This document shows, piece after piece, positions 8,374 to 17,126 of a stretch of DNA of 64,000 bases. Both the position numbers and the translations under genes were made by a program. The notes below the pieces were generated by a model. The model made no database searches and was not told where the DNA came from. It saw only the letters and a program-made list of their open reading frames with translations. This DNA comes from Candidatus Xenobia bacterium (lineage in GTDB: Bacteria; Vulcanimicrobiota; Xenobia; Xenobiales; QWHO01), in the NCBI GenBank assembly GCA_045863235.1, contig BTUM01000022.1, positions 1 to 64,000 on the forward strand, given 5' to 3'. Every line of letters begins with the position of its first letter. Position 1 is the first letter of the stretch.

Positions 8374-9899
8374 AAGTCGGAATCATCGGCTCGGGCCTGG
8401 CGGGCCTGTCGGCCGCCTGCACCCTGGCCGCCCGCGGCCACCAGGTGACCGTTTTCGAGAAAAACGACTGGCTGGGCGGCAAGGCTGCCGTGCTCGAGAA
8501 GGATGGCTTCCGCTTTGACATGGGCCCCACCATCCTGACCCTGCCCGAGGTGATCTTCCGCATCTTCCGGGAGGCCAATCGCAAGGTGGAGTCCTACCTC
8601 GACCTGGTGCGGCTCGATCCTCAGTGGCGATGCTTCTTCGACGACGGCTCGGTGCTCGACCTGGTGGAGGACACCGAGTCCATGGGCCAGCGCATCCAGC
8701 AGTTCAGCGGTCCCCTCGACCAGGCCGGTTTCCGCCGCTTCATGGTGCACGCCCGCGAGCTGCACGACATCTCCCGGCGCTACTTCTTCTACAAGCCCGT
8801 CTCCTCGGTGGGCGACATCATGAAGTCGCGGGGCGTGGGTCTGGGCCCGCTCAAGGACCTGACCCGCATGCGCCCCGGGCAGACCGTGTTCCAGACCGTG
8901 CGCTCCTACATCAAGGACCCCCGGGTGGCCCAGATGCTCGACCACTTCACTCAGTACGTGGGCTCCTCGCCCGACGCCTCCCCGGCCGTGCTGTGCGGCA
9001 TCGCCCACATGCAAACCGGCGAGGGAGTCTGGTACCCGATGGGCGGCACCCGGGCCGTGCCGGTGGCGCTGGAGAAGCTCGGTCGTGAGCTGGGCGTGGA
9101 GTATCGCACCGGCGTGCGCATCGAGCGTTTCGAGGTGAGCGGCAACCAGGTCCAGGCGCTGGTGACCGAGCAGGGCGAGCGGCACGAGTTCGACGCCCTG
9201 GTCTCCAACATGGACGCGGTGCGCACCTACCGCGAGCTGGCCGGCGGCGAGTCGGCCAAGAAGTTCGAGAGGCTGCGCAAGTACGAGCCGGCCTGCTCGG
9301 GGGTGGTCTTCTACTGGGGCCTGAAGAAGCAGTATCCCCAGTTCCTGCACCACGACTTCGTCTTCTCCCGCGACCCCGAGGAAGAGTTCGAAGCCATCTA
9401 CCGCAAGGGCGAGCCGGCCCCCGACCCCAGCCTCTACCTGGCCGTCACCACCCGCACCGAGCCGGCCACCGCCCCGCCTGGCTGCGAGTCGTTCTACTGC
9501 CTGGTGCACACCCCCTACCTGCGCCCCCATCACGACTGGTCCAAGATGCTGCCCGAGTACCGCAAGGTGATCTTGCAGAAGCTGGCCCGTTGCGCCGGAG
9601 CCCGCGATCTCGAGGAGAACATCGTGGTGGAGGAGGTGCTCACCCCTCAGGGCATCCACGATCGCTATGCGGTCCTCAACGGAGCCATCTACGGGCTGGC
9701 CAGCCACGGCCGCCTGAACGGAGCCTTCAAGCCTCACAACCGCTCTCCGTTCCTCAAGAACCTGTATCTTGCGGGCGGAGCAGCCCATCCCGGTCCGGGC
9801 ATGCCGATGGTCATGATGAGCGGCTGGATCGCCGCCGACGTGCTCGACAACGACCGCAAGGGCGCCCGGCAGAGCGCCCGCGAGCTTGTTCCATCCTGA
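8370..9899 (+). CDS. crtI: Second phytoene desaturase family protein (CrtP/CrtNb-like)
   Basis: GSGLAG, FDMGPT, QYVGSSP, GGAAHPGPGMPMV; ATGA overlap with upstream gene and AGGAGG RBS. Confidence 0.92.
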   Translation: MKVGIIGSGLAGLSAACTLAARGHQVTVFEKNDWLGGKAAVLEKDGFRFDMGPTILTLPEVIFRIFREANRKVESYLDLVRLDPQWRCFFDDGSVLDLVEDTESMGQRIQQFSGPLDQAGFRRFMVHARELHDISRRYFFYKPVSSVGDIMKSRGVGLGPLKDLTRMRPGQTVFQTVRSYIKDPRVAQMLDHFTQYVGSSPDASPAVLCGIAHMQTGEGVWYPMGGTRAVPVALEKLGRELGVEYRTGVRIERFEVSGNQVQALVTEQGERHEFDALVSNMDAVRTYRELAGGESAKKFERLRKYEPACSGVVFYWGLKKQYPQFLHHDFVFSRDPEEEFEAIYRKGEPAPDPSLYLAVTTRTEPATAPPGCESFYCLVHTPYLRPHHDWSKMLPEYRKVILQKLARCAGARDLEENIVVEEVLTPQGIHDRYAVLNGAIYGLASHGRLNGAFKPHNRSPFLKNLYLAGGAAHPGPGMPMVMMSGWIAADVLDNDRKGARQSARELVPS

Positions 9900-10560
9900 G
9901 GGACCGTCCCTTCTCGAGCTGATCCGGCAGGCGCTGAGCTCGACCGAGCAAGGCTACGACCTGCTGGCCCCCAAGTTCGAGAAGACCCCCTTCTGCACGC
10001 CCGCCCCCTTGCTCGAGGCAGCCCACGAGCTCTTGCCCCGCGGCCAGAGCGGTCTGGACCTTTGCTGCGGCACCGGGGCCGGCCTTGGCTTGCTGAGCTC
10101 GCTGGGCTGCCAGCGCCTGGTGGGGGTGGATTTCTCTCGCGGCATGCTGGAGCAGGCCCGGCGGACCCACCCCGATGCCGAGCTGGTCCAGGCCGACGTC
10201 CTCCAGGCCCGCTATCACAACGAGTTCGACCTGGTGACCTTCTTCGGGGCCCTGGGCCACATCTTGCCCGAGGACCTGCCGGCCCTGGTGGACGTGGTGG
10301 ATCGGGCCCTGCGCCCGGGGGGCACGTTCATCTTCTTCGTCCTGCCTCGCACCGGCATCCGCAACCTGGCCTACCTGGCCGCCTGCGCCCTGTTCGACCT
10401 GGCCATGCGAGTGCGCAATGTGCTTCTCAAGCCCGAGTTCGTCATGTACTACCTGGCCAGCTCGCGCCGCTGGTTCTATCAGCTGCTGCGCGAGCGCGGA
10501 TTTCAGGTGCAAGAGCAGGCCGTGCAGGGTTGCATTCTGGTGCAGGCCAGGAAGTGCTGA
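9886..10560 (+). CDS. Class I SAM-dependent methyltransferase
   Basis: LDLCCGTG, GVDFS, LRPGG. Confidence 0.88.
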   Translation: MFHPEGPSLLELIRQALSSTEQGYDLLAPKFEKTPFCTPAPLLEAAHELLPRGQSGLDLCCGTGAGLGLLSSLGCQRLVGVDFSRGMLEQARRTHPDAELVQADVLQARYHNEFDLVTFFGALGHILPEDLPALVDVVDRALRPGGTFIFFVLPRTGIRNLAYLAACALFDLAMRVRNVLLKPEFVMYYLASSRRWFYQLLRERGFQVQEQAVQGCILVQARKC

Positions 10561-10582
10561 CCCGGGGAGGGAAGCCCAGGGG

Positions 10583-10957
10583 GTGGAAGAGCGCGAGATC
10601 GAGATCATCAAATCCCTGATCCAGCTTTCCTGGGCCGACGGGCGCTGGTCGCCCGACGAGGAGGCCCTGGTGGGCTTGATTCTGTCGCGTCTGGGACTCT
10701 CGATGAGCCAGATCGAAGAGCTGAAGACCCGCTTTCACAATCAGACCGACATGGCCCGGCTCGAGCGCTACGTGCCCGACAAACCCAGCCGCATGAACGC
10801 GATGCGCCTCTTGCTGGCGGTGGCTTACTCCGACCTGGACATCCCCGACGAGGAAGCGCTTTACCTGGGCACCATGGCCACCCGGCTGGGCATCACCCCG
10901 ACCGAGCTCGACGAGCTGATGGCCGAGACCATCCGCCGCCGCCACGGCCGCGACTGA
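10583..10957 (+). CDS. TerB family protein
   Basis: WADGRWSPDEE and AVAYSD...EE...RLGI duplicated helical motifs; GTG start. Confidence 0.75.
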   Translation: MEEREIEIIKSLIQLSWADGRWSPDEEALVGLILSRLGLSMSQIEELKTRFHNQTDMARLERYVPDKPSRMNAMRLLLAVAYSDLDIPDEEALYLGTMATRLGITPTELDELMAETIRRRHGRD

Positions 10958-11002
10958 TGCGCGCCGGAACCTAGTTCCAGCGCGTTGCAGAGTCCTGGCA
11001 GG

Positions 11003-12931
11003 TTAGATCTCCACCTGGGTGCCCAGCTCCACCACCTTGTCGGGTGGGATGCGATAGAAGGCGGTGGCGTCCTGCGCGTTGCGCGACAGGAAGCAGAACA
11101 GCTTCTCGCGCCAGTGGGCCATGCCGCTCTTGAGCCAGGGACGGGCCCGCACCGTTTCGCGTCCCAGGAAGAAGCTGGCCTTGCTCAGGTTGATCGGCCG
11201 CCCTTCCAGGCGGGTCTCGCCCAGGGCCGTGGGCACGTCCGGCGTCTCCATATAGCCGAAGCGCAGCGCCACGCGGTAGAAGTGCTCGCCCCGGGCAGTC
11301 ACCTGGGCCCGTTCCTCGGAGGGCACATAGGGCTGGTCGAGCGTCTCGACGGCCACGATCAGCACCGTCTCGTGCAGGACCTTGTTGTGGCGAAGGTTGC
11401 TCAGCAGGGCGGGGGGAGTGCCCCTCACGTTGCCGTACATGTAGACCGCCAGCCCGGGAACCCGCGTTGGGGGCTTGCTCTTCATCTGCTCGAGCAAGGC
11501 ATCCAGGGGCATCGTGCGCGCGATGAGCGCCTTGGAGAGCGCCGACCGCCCCGACTTCCAGGTCGCCATCACCAGGTAGATGGCCGCCCCCACGACCAGC
11601 GGGAACCAGCCGCCATGGGCGATCTTCAGCACGTTGGCGGCGAAGAAGGCCAGCTCTACCACCAGGAAGACGGCGCACAGCGAGCCCGCCCGCGCCGTGC
11701 TCCAGCCCCAGGCCGAGCGCAGCAAGGTATAAAACAGCACGGTCGTGATCACCATGGTGGCCGTGACGGCGATGCCGTAGGCCGCCGCCAGGTTGCTCGA
11801 GGAGCGGAATCCCAGCACCAGGGCGATGCAGGCCAGCATGAGCCCCCAGTTGACCAGGGGCACGTAAATCTGGCCCTTCTCGTGGGGCGAGGTGTATTCC
11901 ACCTTCATGCGCGGCAGGTAACCCAGCTGCATGGCCTGCAGAGTCAGTGAGAAGGCGCCCGAGATGAGCGCCTGGGAGGCGATCACGGTGGCCGCCGTGG
12001 CCAGGATCACGGCCGGAATGAGCAACTCGGGGCTGGGAACCATCTTGTAGAAGGGGTGGCTGACCGCGGCGGGGTCGCGCATCAGCAACGCGCCCTGTCC
12101 CAGGTAGTTGATCAACAGGGCCGGGAAGACCAGCGTGAACCAGGCCAGGCGGATGGGACTGCGTCCGAAATGTCCCATGTCGGCATACAAGGCCTCTCCC
12201 CCGGTCACCACCAGGAACACCGAGCCCAGCGCCAGGAAGGCCGCCCAGCCGTTGCGCAGGAAGAACTCCAGCCCGTGGTGAGGCAAGAGGCAAGCCAGCA
12301 CGCCCGGCGCGCGGGCGATGTGATAGAGTCCGAAGGCTGCCAGCATGAAGAACCAGAGCAGGGTGATGGGCCCGAAGACTCGGGCCACCTTCTCGGTGCC
12401 GCCCGACTGCACCCAGAACAGGCCCGTCAGGATGGCCACGGTGATGGGGAGGATGTAGGGATCAAACAGAGGGGTGGCCACGCTCAGGCCTTCCACCGCG
12501 CTGAGCACTGAGATGGACGGGGTGATCATCCCGTCTCCATAGAGCAGAGCGGTGCCAAACAGCCCCAACAGCACGAGGACCGGATAAAATCGCGACCGGC
12601 GCGCGCGCGAGCGCCCCACCAGGGCTCCCAGGGCCATGATGCCGCCCTCGCCGAAGTGATCGGCGCGCACCACGAAGATCAGGTACTTGATGCAGATCAC
12701 CAGGATGAGCGACCAGCTAATCAAGGACAGCACGCCCAGGATGTTCTCGGGGCTGACGGCAATCCCGTGATGGGGAGCGAACGACTCGCGCACCGCGTAG
12801 AGCGGGCTGGTGCCGATGTCGCCGTAGACCACGCCCAGAGCTCCCAGGGCCAGCACCATCAGGCGCGAGGGTTTCTTGAGCGGAGGAGCTTCCTGCTCCA
12901 GCGAGGGGGCCTCGATTGCAGTGTTGATCAC
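11003..12931 (-). CDS. kup: KUP system potassium uptake protein
   Basis: GVVYGDIGTSPLY, GDGMITPSISVLSAVEG, GGEALYADMGHF, VELGTQVEI; start uncertain (GTG 12931). Confidence 0.97.
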   Translation of the reverse strand: MINTAIEAPSLEQEAPPLKKPSRLMVLALGALGVVYGDIGTSPLYAVRESFAPHHGIAVSPENILGVLSLISWSLILVICIKYLIFVVRADHFGEGGIMALGALVGRSRARRSRFYPVLVLLGLFGTALLYGDGMITPSISVLSAVEGLSVATPLFDPYILPITVAILTGLFWVQSGGTEKVARVFGPITLLWFFMLAAFGLYHIARAPGVLACLLPHHGLEFFLRNGWAAFLALGSVFLVVTGGEALYADMGHFGRSPIRLAWFTLVFPALLINYLGQGALLMRDPAAVSHPFYKMVPSPELLIPAVILATAATVIASQALISGAFSLTLQAMQLGYLPRMKVEYTSPHEKGQIYVPLVNWGLMLACIALVLGFRSSSNLAAAYGIAVTATMVITTVLFYTLLRSAWGWSTARAGSLCAVFLVVELAFFAANVLKIAHGGWFPLVVGAAIYLVMATWKSGRSALSKALIARTMPLDALLEQMKSKPPTRVPGLAVYMYGNVRGTPPALLSNLRHNKVLHETVLIVAVETLDQPYVPSEERAQVTARGEHFYRVALRFGYMETPDVPTALGETRLEGRPINLSKASFFLGRETVRARPWLKSGMAHWREKLFCFLSRNAQDATAFYRIPPDKVVELGTQVEI

Positions 12932-13064
12932 GCTACTGCGCGTTAGAGTAGCTTCGGACGACTCAAGGCCGGGGCAAGGCACCCCCACCGCGCATCAAGA
13001 TCATGTCAAGGCCTGGCACTGACTGAGGCAGGCGCCGGTCGGTCCCGGGCAGAACCTGGGGCCG

Positions 13065-13724
13065 GTGGCGCGGCTGATCGAATACTTGCAGAGCGAGCGG
13101 GCCACCCCGGCGCTGCTGGCGGTGGTCGTGGTCGGGCTGTTCGTGATCAGCCCCCTGGCCGACATGGGCTATCTTCACTCGCGCCTGCCCGAGTACGTCT
13201 TCTGGCTCTTCCTGGTGCTGGGCGTGTTCATCATCACCCACCATCCGATACTCCGCTGGACCAACCTGGTGCTGGCCGTGGGAGCGGTCCTGACCAGCAT
13301 CACGAAGGGCGGCCACCATTCCATGCTGGAATCGGTGTTCACGGTGCTTTACGTCTTGCTGCTCACGCTGGTTTACTGGCAGCGTGTCTTCAGCCCCGGG
13401 CGGGTGAATTTCTACCGGATCGTTGGCGCGGTCACCATCTATCTCTTCATCGGAGTCCTGTGGGCCGAGTTCTACAAGATCCTCGAGCTGGGAATGCCGG
13501 GGTCGTTCCGTTTCGGGCCGGACTTTCAGGGAGCGCGCCTGGAGAACAACATGATTTACTTCAGCTTCATCACGCTGACCACGGTGGGCTACGGCGACGC
13601 CACCCCGTGCCAGCCGCTGAGCCACTCGCTGGCGGTGCTGGAGGCACTGGTGGGCCAGGTGTACCTGACCGTGCTGATCGGACGGCTGGTGGCCTCGCTG
13701 CAGTCACCTGCCCTGGCCGAGTAG
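13065..13724 (+). CDS. Potassium channel family protein (Ion_trans_2-like)
   Basis: Multiple TM helices; YFSFITLTTVGYGD selectivity filter. Confidence 0.88.
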   Translation: MARLIEYLQSERATPALLAVVVVGLFVISPLADMGYLHSRLPEYVFWLFLVLGVFIITHHPILRWTNLVLAVGAVLTSITKGGHHSMLESVFTVLYVLLLTLVYWQRVFSPGRVNFYRIVGAVTIYLFIGVLWAEFYKILELGMPGSFRFGPDFQGARLENNMIYFSFITLTTVGYGDATPCQPLSHSLAVLEALVGQVYLTVLIGRLVASLQSPALAE

Positions 13725-14188
13725 GCCCGGTAGCCGCTCAGACGGCGCCACTGGTAGACCGTCTCCTGGGCCGAGACCTCCAGGTTGCGGTCGGCCCGGG
13801 GATGACGATAGAGCACTTTGCGCACCACCCCGCCCTGCAGCTCGACCACTCCGGCGAAGACCAGGTCGGAGTGCTCGATCTTCAGGCTCTGTTCGCAGAA
13901 CTTGCGCTCCTGCGGTCGATCGAAGTGATAGCGCACGGGTTTGACCGAGGTCGCGCCCACCTCGTCGAGCAGCTCGCGGATGCGCACTCCCAGCTCCTTT
14001 TCGTTGGGCACGCTGCGATCAGCGCGATGACCGACGAGCAGGATGGCGACCGAGCCGGCGGCCGATACGGGCACCACGACGGAGAGCAAGAGGCCCAGGA
14101 TCAAGGCCGCCGCACGAAGGGAAAGGGATGAAGGCTTTGCAGAAACCGGCGCCGGGCAACCCCGAAGGACAGCCAAAACCTTCAGCAC
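13589..14188 (-). CDS. Hypothetical exported protein; start uncertain (possibly TTG near 14104)
   Basis: Signal-peptide-like LILGLLLSVVVPVSA; coding-like core YHFDRPQERKFCEQSL; 3' end overlaps the channel gene. Confidence 0.6.
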   Translation of the reverse strand: MLKVLAVLRGCPAPVSAKPSSLSLRAAALILGLLLSVVVPVSAAGSVAILLVGHRADRSVPNEKELGVRIRELLDEVGATSVKPVRYHFDRPQERKFCEQSLKIEHSDLVFAGVVELQGGVVRKVLYRHPRADRNLEVSAQETVYQWRRLSGYRAYSARAGDCSEATSRPISTVRYTWPTSASSTASEWLSGWHGVASP

Positions 14189-14203
14189 GGAACGCTCAAC
14201 CGA

Positions 14204-14824
14204 TCACTTACGGGCCATCTCCAGCGGCGTGCCCCACACCTTTGCCTTCGGCGGGAGGCTCTTGGGCTCGCTGGTCTCGCCCAGCGTCTCGGTGAGCTGG
14301 TTCAGCATCGAGCCCATCGAGGTCGGGGTCTTCTGGTCCAGCAGCGTGGCGGGGGCGCGCCTGGCGAAGGTGCTCTGGGGGGCCAGAGGGGCCGGGGCGG
14401 CAGGAGGGGTCCAGGCGGAGTTGGGACTGCTCATCCAGCTCAGGTCCAGCTCCTCCTCATCGCCGAGCAGGTCGGCCATCGCCGGCAGGGCAGGCGGGGT
14501 GACCAGGCTCTGGAGGAATTCGGCCACGCGCTGGCGGTTGAGGTGGAAAACCAGGCCCCAGGTCAGGCCCCAGGTCAGTCCCATCGACACCAGCAGCACC
14601 GGCGACTCGCCGCCCAGGCAGAACCAGGCCCAGGCTGCGTAGATCAGGCCAACCAGAATTCCATACACGACCATCACGGGAACCACCAGCGCGGGGCGAG
14701 GAGCGGGAGCCGGCCGGGCCGGGGCGGTGTAGCGCTGGGACATCTCCTGGCGCATCCGCGCCCGCTCGATGGCCTCTTCCAGGGCCAGCCGGTTGCGGTA
14801 GTATGTGTGCACGTTGATGGTCAT
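14204..14824 (-). CDS. Hypothetical membrane protein (2 TM)
   Basis: GAGG RBS; two hydrophobic segments; GC3 bias. Confidence 0.7.
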   Translation of the reverse strand: MTINVHTYYRNRLALEEAIERARMRQEMSQRYTAPARPAPAPRPALVVPVMVVYGILVGLIYAAWAWFCLGGESPVLLVSMGLTWGLTWGLVFHLNRQRVAEFLQSLVTPPALPAMADLLGDEEELDLSWMSSPNSAWTPPAAPAPLAPQSTFARRAPATLLDQKTPTSMGSMLNQLTETLGETSEPKSLPPKAKVWGTPLEMARK

Positions 14825-15133
14825 GCTTCCTCTGCGACCATCCTACCGAGACCGCCCTAAAAAAAACTGAACTAAATTGTAAACACACCCCGGGCCGGGG
14901 CAAGTTGCAGCCCCGCCCCACGAAGGGCGAACAGACGATCGTCGTATCCGACGTCGCCAACCGCGCCAGGTCCACTCTGGGCCAGGCGGGCAAACCGGGC
15001 AGTCCGGGTGGAGATCCCCCCCACCCTCAGCCTGAGGCCATTATGGCAAGACAATCTTAAAGAAAACTGAACATTTTCGCCTCCAGACCGGGGCGAGGAG
15101 GAAGAGTTGCCCTCTCTCAGAATCCTCCGGCCC

Positions 15134-16042
15134 ATGCGTAAGACATTCGTACTCCTCTGTCTTTTGATTCTGGCCGTGGGATGCGCCCAGGGCCCCAGCC
15201 TGAAAAAGGGCGCGGTGATCCTGGCTTCGGACGTCCTGGCCCTGCAATTTGCCCCCGATGGGCTGACCCTGGCCATGGGCTCGAACGACAAGTCGCTGCG
15301 CCTCATCGACGTGGACAGCGGCGTGGAGCGCGCCAACCTGCCCGGCCACGAGAAGGGTGTCTGGGCTCTGGCCTACTCGCCCGACAACAAGATGCTGGCC
15401 TCGGCCGCCTCCGATGGTACCGTCCGCATCTGGAACCCGGACCAGAAGCGCCTGCTGCAGGTGCTCAAACCGGGGGGCTACTCGGTGGCCTTCCGCCCCG
15501 ACTCCAAGCGCCTGGCGGTGGGCTCGGACTACAAGATCCGCATCTACAACACCGAGAACTGGACCCTCTTCAAGGAGTGGGCCGAGCCCGACGGCAACGT
15601 GTTCACGGTGGCCTTCTCCGAAGACGGCAAGAAGCTGGCCAGCGGAACCTCCAAGGGCTTGAAGGTCTGGGACGCCGACGCCGGCACCCAGATGTCGGCC
15701 CACGTGGAGAACAACCAGTCGGTGCGGGCCATCTGCTTCCCCACCGAGGAGGAGCTGGCGGCTTATTACCAGGGCTACGGCGTGGTGCTGCTGCGGGCCC
15801 GGGACGGCTCGGCCCGGGCCAGCCACCCCGAGAACGGCACGGTGGCCTTCTCGGGCAACGGCAAGCGGGCCATCGTGGCCAGTGCCAGCCTGTCCACCCT
15901 GCTCAAGGATACCGAGGCCTGGAAGGACCTGGGCTCGATCAAGCTGCCCCTGGGCACGGTCAACGCCGTGACCGTCTCGACCGACGGCAAGCTGGCGGCG
16001 GTGGCGGGCATTCGGGACGTGACGGTGCTCAAGCTGCCCTGA
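15134..16042 (+). CDS. WD40-repeat lipoprotein
   Basis: Lipobox LAVGC; GH...LAYSPD...LASAASDGTVRIW repeats. Confidence 0.9.
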   Translation: MRKTFVLLCLLILAVGCAQGPSLKKGAVILASDVLALQFAPDGLTLAMGSNDKSLRLIDVDSGVERANLPGHEKGVWALAYSPDNKMLASAASDGTVRIWNPDQKRLLQVLKPGGYSVAFRPDSKRLAVGSDYKIRIYNTENWTLFKEWAEPDGNVFTVAFSEDGKKLASGTSKGLKVWDADAGTQMSAHVENNQSVRAICFPTEEELAAYYQGYGVVLLRARDGSARASHPENGTVAFSGNGKRAIVASASLSTLLKDTEAWKDLGSIKLPLGTVNAVTVSTDGKLAAVAGIRDVTVLKLP

Positions 16043-16067
16043 TCGGCATCGACGCGGCCACCTGCCC

Positions 16068-17000
16068 TCAGGCGTAGACCGGCTCGCGGGAGAGGGGCGA
16101 CTCGGGCATGGGGGAGTCGTACTGCTCGGGGAAGTACTTCGAGAGCAGCCGGGCCCGCTCGGGGTAGGCCTCGCGGAACTGCTGCAAAGCCTCCGGACCG
16201 GCCTCCTTCGCCTCCTTGTAGGCTGCGTAGCTCTCGGCGAAGTCGTCGGCTCGCTCGTTGCCGGGCAGCACGAACCAGTCATCCATCTTGTCGTCGTGGC
16301 TGGACTTTCCGTAGGTGCTGATCTCGCGCCCGTCGCGCCGGGCCGCCTCGCTCCAGCCCTCGGGCACCAGCGCGTAGCTCTCCTTGTAGCCCACCGCGTG
16401 GCCGACCTCGTGGTCGAAGTTGGTCTGATCCAGGGTACCCTTGCCAAAGAAGGTCAGTTTCTGGCCCGAGCTGGAGTACTGGGCGTCGGTGTTGGAGCCT
16501 TCCGGGCGGTCGGCGAAGGTCACCGACTTGAAGCTGTCCTGGGCGAACTCGGGCGAGCGGCTGTGGTAGTCGGCCAGCCTGGCCAGCAGCTCGGTCCGAT
16601 CTTGCTCGGAGTAATTCTGGGTGAAGTCGACGTCAACCGGCTTGCCGTTCAGGGTGTAGCGGTAGTTGTCGCCGTCGCGGGTGATCTGCAACTCGGACGA
16701 CTTGCCGCTGGCATCGGTGAACGAGACCGGCTGGTTGCTGCGCAGAGCCTCCTCGACGCTGGCGTTCTGGCGATTGACCAGCTCCGGAGTGCGCTCGGAC
16801 TCGTCCACCGGCGGGTGCCACTCGCTCTCGCTGGGCAGCTGGTAGGGCTTCTTCGTTTCCTGCTTGGCCTGCGTGGAAAGCTCGACCTGATCCTTGGGCT
16901 CCGGGGTCGGGGTGGGCTCAGCCTTCTTGGGAGGGGTCGCTCCCGCCCCCGCGCCCGCTGCCGCCTGGACCGTGCTCGCCTTCAGCTCTTGAATCGCCAT
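16068..17000 (-). CDS. Putative zinc metallopeptidase with low-complexity FlgM-like N-terminus
   Basis: HEVGH, then DDFAES and YPER; AGGAGG RBS; no Sec signal. Confidence 0.75.
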   Translation of the reverse strand: MAIQELKASTVQAAAGAGAGATPPKKAEPTPTPEPKDQVELSTQAKQETKKPYQLPSESEWHPPVDESERTPELVNRQNASVEEALRSNQPVSFTDASGKSSELQITRDGDNYRYTLNGKPVDVDFTQNYSEQDRTELLARLADYHSRSPEFAQDSFKSVTFADRPEGSNTDAQYSSSGQKLTFFGKGTLDQTNFDHEVGHAVGYKESYALVPEGWSEAARRDGREISTYGKSSHDDKMDDWFVLPGNERADDFAESYAAYKEAKEAGPEALQQFREAYPERARLLSKYFPEQYDSPMPESPLSREPVYA

Positions 17001-17019
17001 CGTTCCTCCTGAGTTGTCC

Positions 17020-17037
17020 TGGTGAGCTCAGGATAGG
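17020..17037 (-). promoter_or_regulatory. Upstream motif CCTATCCTGAGCTCACCA (-10-like TATCCT), shared with 34378-34395
   Basis: 15/18 identity with the motif upstream of the 34414 gene, at nearly the same distance from the ATG. Confidence 0.6.
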
Positions 17038-17078
17038 CGGGGGACCGTCCCGGAAGTTGGCCCGGGCGGGCCGGATTC

Positions 17079-17118
17079 TTGAACAGATTGTTACAGGCGC
17101 GTGAACAGCGCGTTAACA
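17079..17118 (-). promoter_or_regulatory. Four direct repeats at 11-bp period (OmpR/PhoP-box-like)
   Basis: Plus strand TTGAAC(17079), GTTACA(17090), GTGAAC(17101), GTTAAC(17112). Confidence 0.55.
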
Positions 17119-17126
17119 TCCTGGCT

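Noticed and set aside
15134..17000. WD40 lipoprotein as immunity protein for the HExxH peptidase
   Set aside because: Genes are convergent, not operonic; no supporting evidence
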